This document shows, piece after piece, positions 29,697-37,615 of a stretch of DNA of 48,569 nucleotides; positions within the stretch are counted from its first letter, which is position 1; each line of letters begins with the position of its first letter. The translations under genes and the position numbers were made by a program. Source of the stretch: an uncultured Bacteroidales bacterium (GTDB lineage Bacteria > Bacteroidota > Bacteroidia > Bacteroidales > Dysgonomonadaceae); the NCBI GenBank assembly GCA_964293155.1, contig CAXYYA010000028.1, positions 1-48,569 on the forward strand, in the 5' to 3' direction. Under the pieces are notes generated by a model, which had not been told where the DNA came from, searched no databases, and saw only the letters and a program-made list of their open reading frames with translations.

Positions 29697-31870
29697 AAGA
29701 CATGTTTTTTAGTGTTAATTTCCATTCTGTTTTTTATTACCGTGATAGTTGATTCTTTCACCGGCATTTTTATATTGAACGACTTAGCGTCTATAATGCT
29801 TTGATATACAATTTTTTCAGGATAAAAAATATGATCCGATTCCGTTAATTGCGAACGGTAATTTATGGTTGTGAAAATAACAAAAGGCGCCAAAAAATCC
29901 TGAAACCAACGCGTTCCGAAGGGGTGTTCCTTGGTAAGCGGTATTTTATCGGTAACGGAGATCTCTTTTTCGTTGGACAGCAATAATTTAAAGCAACTAC
30001 GGTAAAACAAATACAACGGCGATGATTTTCTTCCTTCAAAATCGGTAAAATAGAACATGGTGCCATCGTTTTCCACGTACGCCACGGCTTTCGATTTTTC
30101 GCAACGGATGTAGGTTTTGTTGTATTCGTCGGTAGCAATTGTCCAGGGATAATTTTCGTTGTCGTAGGTAACTTTCAGCAACCGGCCCGGTTTGCCTTCG
30201 AAAGCATCTTGCGCCAGCAACGAAGGAACTACGTTGAAGATCGTAGTATCCTGTTTCGGAACCTCGCCGATGTGCAAGAGCGGCTTACCGGCTGTTTTTT
30301 CAAAGAAATAACCCATGGGGTACGCATGTGTTGCCGACCCGATTTCGGGCGACAACTGCACCTGAAAATGAAGGTGCGGCTCCGGCGAACGTCCCGAATT
30401 GCCGCATGCGGCAAGTACGGTTCCTTTTGTTACATAATCGCCGGTTCGCACGTTAAAACTGTCTTTTTTAAGGTGGCTTAGCTGCGAGTATAACCCGTTC
30501 AAATGATTGATAATGATCGTATTTCCCCAATTCTTTTTCGTGTTTACATCATTTATTTCATTGTCTTCGGTAATGTTGCTGATCATGTACACATAACCGT
30601 CGGCCGGAGCCAACACCGGTTTGTTGTAACAGTAAAAATCTTCTTTCTGCGCACACCGGCCGAAACACGTTTTTCCTTCTTCGTCCGTGATCATAAAATC
30701 CAACGCTTTTCCCCATGCGCCCAGGTGGGTTATTGTACCGTTGTAGCCCTGCGTTACACGCCATTCTCCCAAAAAAGGCAATTGCATTTTAAACAGCATG
30801 TTTTGTGCGAAACGCTGCATGTAATTCACGTTTTTATATACCGTTTTCTCGGGATTATAATATTGAATATACGGAAAAATAAAGAACCGGCTAAAGCTGC
30901 GTTGTTTGAGAATGAACAGTACGAGAATGGATAAAAGACTGAATGATAATGTGTAAGAAGACAGCCCGGTATCCGATATCAAACTCTCCACGCTGGCATA
31001 AAACAGAAACAGGGCGGGCGTGAGGCCAATGACCAGTATGTAGCTGTAGATGTTGGGGATGATAAAGAAGCTTCCGATTGCCATTCCCCAGAAAATGTAG
31101 TTAACGCCAGCCAGATCCTGCGTGAGTTCTGCGATATCCACGCCAAGCAATTTACTGATGATAAATGCAAAGAAAAATCCAAAAAATGCTACCGTGGATT
31201 TGATGCGTGAGTGAAAAAGCAATGCAACGGCTATGATGATGCCGACTAACACGCTGTCGGTAAAGAAAATGGATGCCAATGTTTTAAAATAATAAAACAA
31301 CATGGGCGGCAAGTGCGCATTATCGAGTGAGTGGACGAAAGTGTACCACGGTACTTTCATTTGCCCGGCCAACACGATGGTGAAACGGTCGAACGGAATA
31401 ATGTACTCAATGTTCGTGAACGATTTTACCGAAAGATCAACGATGAACAACGTGAAAACAAACGGCAGAGTAAGCACGGGAATATCGTGCTTCGCAAAAA
31501 CCGATTCGAGCCATACCGTGAACATGAATACCAGAATAACCGATAAAACAAAAAGAATAATGAACGAGCCGTTCACGTAAAATTTGTAAACCAGACTCAA
31601 CCCGACAAAAACGGCGTTAAATCCGTACAATCCGCTCTTGATCCTTTTCTTCGAAAATCCGAGCCCGTGCGCGATGATGTTCGTCAGAACCACAGCCGAA
31701 AGTCCGCCCAATCCCAGCCGGATGTCCAGCATGCTAAGCACCAGCAAGATGATCGCTAACCACCTGCTTTGCGAGAAAAATATCATGGCATAGCTGTTCA
31801 GCGTGCCATCGAGATACATCAACGCGTATGATTTGAGACTTTGTTTCATTTGTTTATGATTTCGGGACAA
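29678..31870 (-). CDS. Polytopic membrane protein (urea-transporter-like duplicated domain) fused to a C-terminal M23/LytM zinc metallopeptidase domain
   Basis: 730 aa. The first ~330 aa hold about 10 TM segments with internally repeated GLYGFNAVFVG / LAGVNYIFWG and LTLPF motifs. The M23 motifs are HLGAWGKALD ... GNSGRSPEPHLHFQV. The stop overlaps the downstream gene start by 19 nt. Confidence 0.7.
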   Translation of the reverse strand: MSRNHKQMKQSLKSYALMYLDGTLNSYAMIFFSQSRWLAIILLVLSMLDIRLGLGGLSAVVLTNIIAHGLGFSKKRIKSGLYGFNAVFVGLSLVYKFYVNGSFIILFVLSVILVFMFTVWLESVFAKHDIPVLTLPFVFTLFIVDLSVKSFTNIEYIIPFDRFTIVLAGQMKVPWYTFVHSLDNAHLPPMLFYYFKTLASIFFTDSVLVGIIIAVALLFHSRIKSTVAFFGFFFAFIISKLLGVDIAELTQDLAGVNYIFWGMAIGSFFIIPNIYSYILVIGLTPALFLFYASVESLISDTGLSSYTLSFSLLSILVLFILKQRSFSRFFIFPYIQYYNPEKTVYKNVNYMQRFAQNMLFKMQLPFLGEWRVTQGYNGTITHLGAWGKALDFMITDEEGKTCFGRCAQKEDFYCYNKPVLAPADGYVYMISNITEDNEINDVNTKKNWGNTIIINHLNGLYSQLSHLKKDSFNVRTGDYVTKGTVLAACGNSGRSPEPHLHFQVQLSPEIGSATHAYPMGYFFEKTAGKPLLHIGEVPKQDTTIFNVVPSLLAQDAFEGKPGRLLKVTYDNENYPWTIATDEYNKTYIRCEKSKAVAYVENDGTMFYFTDFEGRKSSPLYLFYRSCFKLLLSNEKEISVTDKIPLTKEHPFGTRWFQDFLAPFVIFTTINYRSQLTESDHIFYPEKIVYQSIIDAKSFNIKMPVKESTITVIKNRMEINTKKHVLCIEWV

Positions 31871-31949
31871 AAAACAAAGACATACGGAACAAGACTTTGC
31901 GTTGCATTATTCAACACCGGCCTGATGACGGTAAATTGCGTTGCTATTT

Positions 31950-33305
31950 TCAAAGTTTAAACCCTTTCAGATGTTCCGGTGTAACCTCCTGTTGTACAAT
32001 GGATTCCACGGTTTCGCTTTTGCGAATAAGATGCACTTTCCCCGTGGTATCAATCATGACCACATTGGGACGTAGCGTAATGAATTGCATCCATTGTGTC
32101 ATGTTGTAAGCGCCCACTTCGTGCACCACCACGCGGTCGTCCTTTTTTAACAGCGGTAAGCTAACGCTTTCGCGCAGGCAGTCAATGTTCATGCAAAGCG
32201 GCCCGTACAGCGCCATTTCTTCGGCATGCTGTGTGAAATCCTGCGCTGGCGATACTTTGTGATTGTACCAAAACGATGTGAACATGATATTTACCCCGAT
32301 ATCGAGCACGGTAGCCCGACGGCCGTTGGCCAGGCGTTTGGTTGCAAGCACGGAACCGAGCAGATAACCCGCTTCGTCAATCAATGCGCGTCCGGTTTCG
32401 AGGATCAGCAAGGGCAATTCATCGGGTTTAAAGCCGAATTGCAAAATGGTTCCGGTGATGGCTTCGGCATAATCGTCGAACGTAGGAATAACATCAGCAC
32501 CTTGCAGATACGAACCTTTGAGTGTGTTGGACGAACAGAATCCGCCACCCATATCAATGTATTTTATCTTTACGCCGGTTTTGTTTGCCGTATTTTGCGC
32601 CAGTTCGCACAGTTTGCGCGCCGCAACGGCATAAGCGTTGGCGGTGAGCATGTAGGTGCCGATGTGGGTGTGTAATCCTTCCAACTGAAGGTTTGGCTGC
32701 GTAATGATCTTCATGATCGCATTCCACGCCTGCCCGCTTTCGTAGTTGAAGCCGAACCTGTCCCACTGCGGATAAACGCCGGTGTCCATATTTACGCGAA
32801 TGGCAACACGCGCTTTTTGTGAAGTTCCTTCCAAAATCTCGATAAGCGAATAGAGCTCGTCGAAATGATCAATGTGGATGAGCGAACGGTTTTCCACGGC
32901 TATTTTCAGGTCATCGGCCGATTTATCAGGGCCGTTGAAAATGATCAGATTGCCCGGAACGCCGTTGCGAAGGGCTTTTTGGTATTCAAAACCCGATACG
33001 ACTTCCGCCCAGCTTCCTTCCTGATGGAAAACGTTGCAAACGGCATCCAGATAGTTGGTTTTGTAGCTCCAGGCGAATTGCACTTTCGGATAGCGCATTT
33101 TAAAGGCTTTTTGTGCTTTTTGATAGGTTTGGCGGATGGTTTTTTCGCTGATTACGAAGAGCGGCGAGCCGTATTCATCCATTAACCCGGCAACTGCCAC
33201 GCCATCAATTTGTTTCACAGGTATGTATTCGGTTCTGCTGCCGAATTTATTCATCAGGTTTGTGTTCAGTTTCTGAATCACAGGACGTTCGTAGGTTGGT
33301 TTCAT
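31950..33305 (-). CDS. Fold-type III PLP-dependent decarboxylase (Orn/DAP/Arg decarboxylase family)
   Basis: 451 aa. The PLP lysine motif is AWSYKTN, the glycine motif is DMGGGF, and beta/alpha-barrel plus C-terminal beta-domain features are present. Confidence 0.8.
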   Translation of the reverse strand: MKPTYERPVIQKLNTNLMNKFGSRTEYIPVKQIDGVAVAGLMDEYGSPLFVISEKTIRQTYQKAQKAFKMRYPKVQFAWSYKTNYLDAVCNVFHQEGSWAEVVSGFEYQKALRNGVPGNLIIFNGPDKSADDLKIAVENRSLIHIDHFDELYSLIEILEGTSQKARVAIRVNMDTGVYPQWDRFGFNYESGQAWNAIMKIITQPNLQLEGLHTHIGTYMLTANAYAVAARKLCELAQNTANKTGVKIKYIDMGGGFCSSNTLKGSYLQGADVIPTFDDYAEAITGTILQFGFKPDELPLLILETGRALIDEAGYLLGSVLATKRLANGRRATVLDIGVNIMFTSFWYNHKVSPAQDFTQHAEEMALYGPLCMNIDCLRESVSLPLLKKDDRVVVHEVGAYNMTQWMQFITLRPNVVMIDTTGKVHLIRKSETVESIVQQEVTPEHLKGFKL

Positions 33306-33391
33306 ATTGCCTTTGACCCCTGTAGTGGGATTTATTTAGTTATTATGAGCGTCCGACGGCTTGAAGTCCGTCTGACGCATATTTCAGACGG

Positions 33392-34447
33392 TTATCGAGC
33401 ATATTCCCCTGTTGTGGAAATCTGCTGAAATTCCGATATATCCACGATCATATCGTACGCGTAGCGGATAAATATTTTGCCGCTTTCGTACTCCGTGAAT
33501 GGTAGTACATCCTCGCTCAACGCCATTTTCACCAAAGCTTCGGCGTGATTTTGGCCGCAGCCGATAGCAAGGTACATCCAGGCGGGAAAACGGGGATTCA
33601 TTTCCAGCAGATAATATTCGTCTTTTTTTGTTTTGATAAACTCCAGTTCGCAACCGCCTTTCCATCGGCTGTTCTCAATTACGCGACGAGAAATCTCCAT
33701 GAGTTTATCGTCTTCCAACGAAACGCCCGACCATGCTTTTCCCTTGTCCGTGATGTACAATTTTCGCATCGGCACCGCGCCGATGCATCGGCCTTTTCCG
33801 TCGCCGATGGCGGTAACGTTTACTTCCGTTCCGGTTACAAACTCCTGGACGATAATGGGATATCCCCATTTGGCGACGATTTTGTAAAAATAAGAGCTGG
33901 CCTGCTCGTAGTTCGAAGCAATGTAGGCATCGTAGTATCGCCCTTTGATCACCATGGGATAATCGAGGTCATCTTCCAGTTTTTTAATTTCCGAAACCTG
34001 ATTAATGATATGGCTTTCCGGTACTTTTATATCGTATTTTTCGCCGAATTTATTCAGTTCCGATTTGTGGCGCTCTTCAAATTGCTCATGCGATGGCAGG
34101 AAAGTGGCTATCCCAAGCTCCGATTTTAATTCGTGTTGAATTTTGATGAAATTGTGCAATTCGGCATCAAAATTCGGGATGAGCACGTCAATTTTTTCCT
34201 GGCTCACGATGTATTGCAGCCGCTCTTTGAGCATGGCTGAGCCCGCGGTGGGCAAAGGCAGCTGATAGACTTTGTCCACCAATTCGTGCATATAAATTCC
34301 CGGTTCCAGCGTTTCGTACGATAAGCCGACAATGCGCACATCGAACGCCGAACTGTCTTTCAATGCACGAATAACGGGAATTCCCGGCCCGGGGCTGTCA
34401 ATGTTGTTGAGCCCAGTGACCGCTACGGTAATTTTTCGCTTATTCAT
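33392..34447 (-). CDS. ATP-grasp family carboxylate-amine ligase
   Basis: 351 aa. The ATP-grasp core (KGRYYDAYIA, IIVQEFVTGTEVNVTAIGDG, CELEFIKTKKDEYYLLEMNPRF) is present. The start overlaps the PqqD-like gene by 8 nt. Confidence 0.75.
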   Translation of the reverse strand: MNKRKITVAVTGLNNIDSPGPGIPVIRALKDSSAFDVRIVGLSYETLEPGIYMHELVDKVYQLPLPTAGSAMLKERLQYIVSQEKIDVLIPNFDAELHNFIKIQHELKSELGIATFLPSHEQFEERHKSELNKFGEKYDIKVPESHIINQVSEIKKLEDDLDYPMVIKGRYYDAYIASNYEQASSYFYKIVAKWGYPIIVQEFVTGTEVNVTAIGDGKGRCIGAVPMRKLYITDKGKAWSGVSLEDDKLMEISRRVIENSRWKGGCELEFIKTKKDEYYLLEMNPRFPAWMYLAIGCGQNHAEALVKMALSEDVLPFTEYESGKIFIRYAYDMIVDISEFQQISTTGEYAR

Positions 34448-34685
34448 TTTCGGATAGTTGGTAGCTTTTTAACATATCCAGAAAATCGTTGAGGTCTTTC
34501 TCGGCCGTGTGGGCATCGAGTTCGTATTCATCCTGAAGTGCTTTCAAAACGGTTTCGTTACTTTCACCGTTTTTTAATTGTTGAAGAACGAAAACGCCGG
34601 TTTGGTTTACACTGAAACTGTCGCCTGTAAGTGGATTAAAGATAAATCCGTTTTCGCTGATGGCTATGTTTTTTCTAATGTTCAT
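34440..34685 (-). CDS. PqqD-family protein (RiPP recognition element-like peptide chaperone)
   Basis: 81 aa. FNPLTGDSFSVNQTGVFVLQQLKNGESNETVLKALQDEYELDAHTAEKDLNDFLDMLKSYQL matches the PqqD/RRE winged-helix pattern. Confidence 0.7.
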   Translation of the reverse strand: MNIRKNIAISENGFIFNPLTGDSFSVNQTGVFVLQQLKNGESNETVLKALQDEYELDAHTAEKDLNDFLDMLKSYQLSENE

Positions 34686-34719
34686 AGGACGTATATCTGT
34701 TAATGGGTTATTTCCTATG

Positions 34720-35328
34720 TTACGGTTGTACGATATCGGAGAACTGTGACAAATTTAATACTTTTGGTTGATAATCAATGCCTCTGCGCGATAAATTTCG
34801 TACAAACGCCCGCAAATGGTTCTCCGAAGCGCGCAAGAGGTTGGAATAAATCCGTTGGATATCGGGATTGTCGGTTTTCTGCAAGTGCGATTGCAGGTCT
34901 TCGATATCCTGTTCTTCGATCAACGCTCCGGCTTGCAGCGCCTCGATGAGCGTTGTGCCTTTGGTGAGCTCGGTGTACATTTTCTGTAACTCACGATTGG
35001 TAAACACGCCTTCCGCTTTCGCGAGGTCTTTTAACCCATACGTATCCACAAGCCACATCATGGCGTTCTGGTGCACCGTTTCGCTACGCGAAATATTTCG
35101 GAAGATAGGGATGCTATACTGCCGGGCGTAAAACGTATAAACGTCGTGGGCAAGTTTTTCTTCTTCGCGCATGTACTCAATGCTTTGGATGTCGGCCTTC
35201 GTCAGATTTTGCGTTGAAGCCGGTATTCCCATCGTCTTATTCTGTGTGGTTTTAGCCCCATCGGCAGCTTGGGGCAACAAAAGTATTGCCCCTGCCGCGA
35301 TCAGAATGAATAAATATTTTGTTTTCAT
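34720..35328 (-). CDS. Exported DUF2202-like (ferritin-like superfamily) protein, paralog 1
   Basis: 202 aa with a signal peptide. YMREEEKLAHDVY...SETVHQNAM...LRASENHLRAF is a ferritin-like four-helix pattern of E/H ligands. Confidence 0.6.
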   Translation of the reverse strand: MKTKYLFILIAAGAILLLPQAADGAKTTQNKTMGIPASTQNLTKADIQSIEYMREEEKLAHDVYTFYARQYSIPIFRNISRSETVHQNAMMWLVDTYGLKDLAKAEGVFTNRELQKMYTELTKGTTLIEALQAGALIEEQDIEDLQSHLQKTDNPDIQRIYSNLLRASENHLRAFVRNLSRRGIDYQPKVLNLSQFSDIVQP

Positions 35329-35332
35329 TTTT

Positions 35333-36025
35333 TTATGTGTTTATGATAGCGTTGAAATCATCGTTGCTCAATAATTGAGGTTGATATGCAATACCGTTGA
35401 ATTTGAGATTTGCGACAAAGGCTTTCAAATGAAACTGTGAAGCACGGAGTAGATTACCGTAAATTCTTTTGATAAACGGGTTTTCTGTTTCGGCTATTTC
35501 TCTTTGAAGATCAATAATATCGTGTTCTTCGATAAAAGCGCCGGCTTTGTAAGCATCTACAACTGTAAGGGCTTCGGTTGTAAGCTTTGTGTATAAATTT
35601 TGCAATTCTTCGATGTTAAATACCCCCGGTACCGTTTCGGCGGGAGTCTCAATTTTGTAGAGATTAATAAGCCAGGCGATAGCTTTTCCGTGTGCTATCT
35701 CGCTTTTGGAGATGTTGCTGAACACGGGTCTGGCGAATTTTTCGTTAAAATACACATACACATTATTGGCTAATTTTTCTTCTTCGCGCATGTACAGGAT
35801 GCTGTTTATTTCACTTTCGGTGAGTGGCGCGAGTTGCGTATTTGTCAACAAACAAAGCGAATCGGTGGTTGCAGCCAGTGTTGCATCAAGTCGCGTAGTT
35901 GAAACTGCGTTTATCAATGCGGCTTGTTCGGCATTTTCTTCCGGTGAATTTACGCTGTTCGCTTCACAACCGAAAAGCAAAATTGCAAGAAATGCCACGA
36001 CGGAAATTTTTTGATAAGTTTTCAT
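35333..36025 (-). CDS. Exported DUF2202-like (ferritin-like) lipoprotein, paralog 2
   Basis: 230 aa with a lipoprotein signal (LLFGCE). YMREEEKLANNVY...SEIAHGKAI...LRASQFHLKAF parallels the neighbour. It lies 4 bp upstream of paralog 1. Confidence 0.6.
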   Translation of the reverse strand: MKTYQKISVVAFLAILLFGCEANSVNSPEENAEQAALINAVSTTRLDATLAATTDSLCLLTNTQLAPLTESEINSILYMREEEKLANNVYVYFNEKFARPVFSNISKSEIAHGKAIAWLINLYKIETPAETVPGVFNIEELQNLYTKLTTEALTVVDAYKAGAFIEEHDIIDLQREIAETENPFIKRIYGNLLRASQFHLKAFVANLKFNGIAYQPQLLSNDDFNAIINT

Positions 36026-36079
36026 AATGAAAAAGTTGGTTTACTGTGATTAAGTTAATGAGATAAGCGTTTTGTAAGA

Positions 36080-36109
36080 AAAAATGGGGAGCGAATCCCC
36101 ATTTTTTTG
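36080..36109. terminator. Intrinsic terminator after the EF-hand-repeat gene
   Basis: AAAAAATGGGGA-GCGAA-TCCCCATTTTTTT. Confidence 0.6.
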
Positions 36110-36123
36110 TGGTTGGTGCGTGG

Positions 36124-36687
36124 TTATTTTGTGGTTTCCCTACGGTCGCAAATACCGTTTTTATTGGCGTCCACAAAATTTACCGCACTGCCTTTTCCAT
36201 TCCGAAGGCCGGTGCCTTTCCCTGTACCGCGTCCCTGGCGCGGTGTTCCGTTTTCGAAGTTGTCACAAATGCCGTCTTTGTCGGCATCTACGAAATTTGC
36301 TCCACCACCTCTGCCGTTACGCAGTCCGTTGCCATAGCCTTGTCCGCGTCCTCCACGGGGAGTTCCGTTTTCGAAATTGTCGCACACGCCATCTTTATCG
36401 GCATCCACAAAGAAGCGTCCTTGTCCTCTGCCGTTGCGTAATCCCTGGCCTTTGCCTTGTCCGCGGCCGCTACCGTCGAGCAGTCGTTGTTTGCCGTTGG
36501 CATTCGGATTTCCGGGTGTTCCGTTCTCGAAATTATCGCAAACGCCGTTGTTGTTTTTGTCCACAAATGCAGGTCCGGTTTGAGCGGTTTTCGCCGTTTC
36601 CTTTGCTGCCTGATTTTGATTTTGGGCGGTTGCTAATCCTATGGTGGCAACCAGCGCCATTGCAGTGATAAATACTTTTGTTTTCAT
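36124..36687 (-). CDS. Secreted protein with four canonical EF-hand calcium-binding loops separated by Gly/Arg-rich linkers
   Basis: 187 aa with a signal peptide. There are four repeats FVD(A/K)(D/N)K(D/N)G(V/I)CDNFENGTP, and each matches the EF-loop D-x-D-x-D-G-x-x-D-x-x-E and contains one Cys. The linkers are GRGQGKGQGLRNGRGQG. Confidence 0.6.
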   Translation of the reverse strand: MKTKVFITAMALVATIGLATAQNQNQAAKETAKTAQTGPAFVDKNNNGVCDNFENGTPGNPNANGKQRLLDGSGRGQGKGQGLRNGRGQGRFFVDADKDGVCDNFENGTPRGGRGQGYGNGLRNGRGGGANFVDADKDGICDNFENGTPRQGRGTGKGTGLRNGKGSAVNFVDANKNGICDRRETTK

Positions 36688-36717
36688 AATAATCTTATTT
36701 TTAATTGTTTATTTAAT

Positions 36718-37293
36718 TTATCTGGTTTCGTTCCAATCGCGTCCGTAGCGATGCCGGTATCCGCGTCCCATACCGAGACTGTCGGTTCGGTTATATCCGT
36801 ATCCGTACCCGCGACGGGCATTCACCGTTTCATCGCGATACAACGGTAGGAATGCTCTTTCTAATTGAGCGCACTGCGCGTCGTTGCACGCCGATTTTAT
36901 CTTCAGGTAGAAATCGTTTGTAAGCTTTTTCAGTTCTGCGTGATGATTTCCGATGTGATCCGATAACGCATTTAATTTTGTTTCGTCGGGTTTCGGTTTG
37001 TTCAACTCCATGAACATTTCGTTTTTCAGCGAATCCATTTCGTAAATCAGCAGGTTGGCACGGGGTTGAAATTCCCGGTTCGCTGCGCGAAAAACATCCA
37101 TCTGATCATTGTCGAATCCCAGCCTTTGCCGAAAATACCTTCCGGTGAGCGGGGGCTGGCCTTCGTCAATAACAATTGCTGTGTTATCGTCTTTTTCCTG
37201 CTGATTGTGATAGACGATAGTTCCGATGGTTGTCAGGTTCAGCACCACAAGCAGTGCAATTACCCACATCATTATTTTATTCGTCTTATTCAT
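36718..37293 (-). CDS. Membrane-anchored periplasmic Spy/CpxP/ZraP-like protein (periplasmic heavy-metal sensor family)
   Basis: 191 aa. An N-terminal TM anchor is followed by a helical domain (QMDVFRAANREFQ...HHAELKKLTNDFYLKI) and a Tyr/Gly/Arg-rich tail. It overlaps the upstream gene by 8 nt. Confidence 0.5.
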   Translation of the reverse strand: MNKTNKIMMWVIALLVVLNLTTIGTIVYHNQQEKDDNTAIVIDEGQPPLTGRYFRQRLGFDNDQMDVFRAANREFQPRANLLIYEMDSLKNEMFMELNKPKPDETKLNALSDHIGNHHAELKKLTNDFYLKIKSACNDAQCAQLERAFLPLYRDETVNARRGYGYGYNRTDSLGMGRGYRHRYGRDWNETR

Positions 37294-37579
37294 AATCGTC
37301 GAAATTATAATAGCCTAAATTCTCGATCTGACTGTCGTTTATGTTCATCGTAAACTCGTGAGAAACGCTTTTCTGGTAACTGTTACCGATGCTTACGCCT
37401 AAAAATGCAACGGCAGCAAGGCTGGCAGCCACAACCACAGTTTGCCAAACGGGCGTTCTGCGACGCTCCGGTTGTTGCCTTTTTTCGATTTCGGCCATCA
37501 CCCGCGTACTCAGGAACGGATTATGTTCCGTTTGCTTTTCGCGTTTGATGAAATCGTCTATGTACTGTTCCGTTTTCAT
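37286..37579 (-). CDS. Small single-pass membrane protein, putative anti-sigma factor
   Basis: 97 aa. A cytoplasmic N-terminus is followed by one TM helix (VWQTVVVAASLAAVAFLGVSI). It lies immediately downstream of an ECF sigma gene (36-bp gap). Confidence 0.4.
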   Translation of the reverse strand: MKTEQYIDDFIKREKQTEHNPFLSTRVMAEIEKRQQPERRRTPVWQTVVVAASLAAVAFLGVSIGNSYQKSVSHEFTMNINDSQIENLGYYNFDDYE

Positions 37580-37615
37580 TTTTTGTTCGTTTTATAGGTT
37601 AGACATTTGTATTGA

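Noticed and set aside
36084-36668. Plus-strand ORFs (Cys/Arg/Pro-rich) antisense to the EF-hand repeat gene
   Set aside because: They are a shadow of the repetitive minus-strand gene, which has a signal peptide and regular EF-loop repeats.
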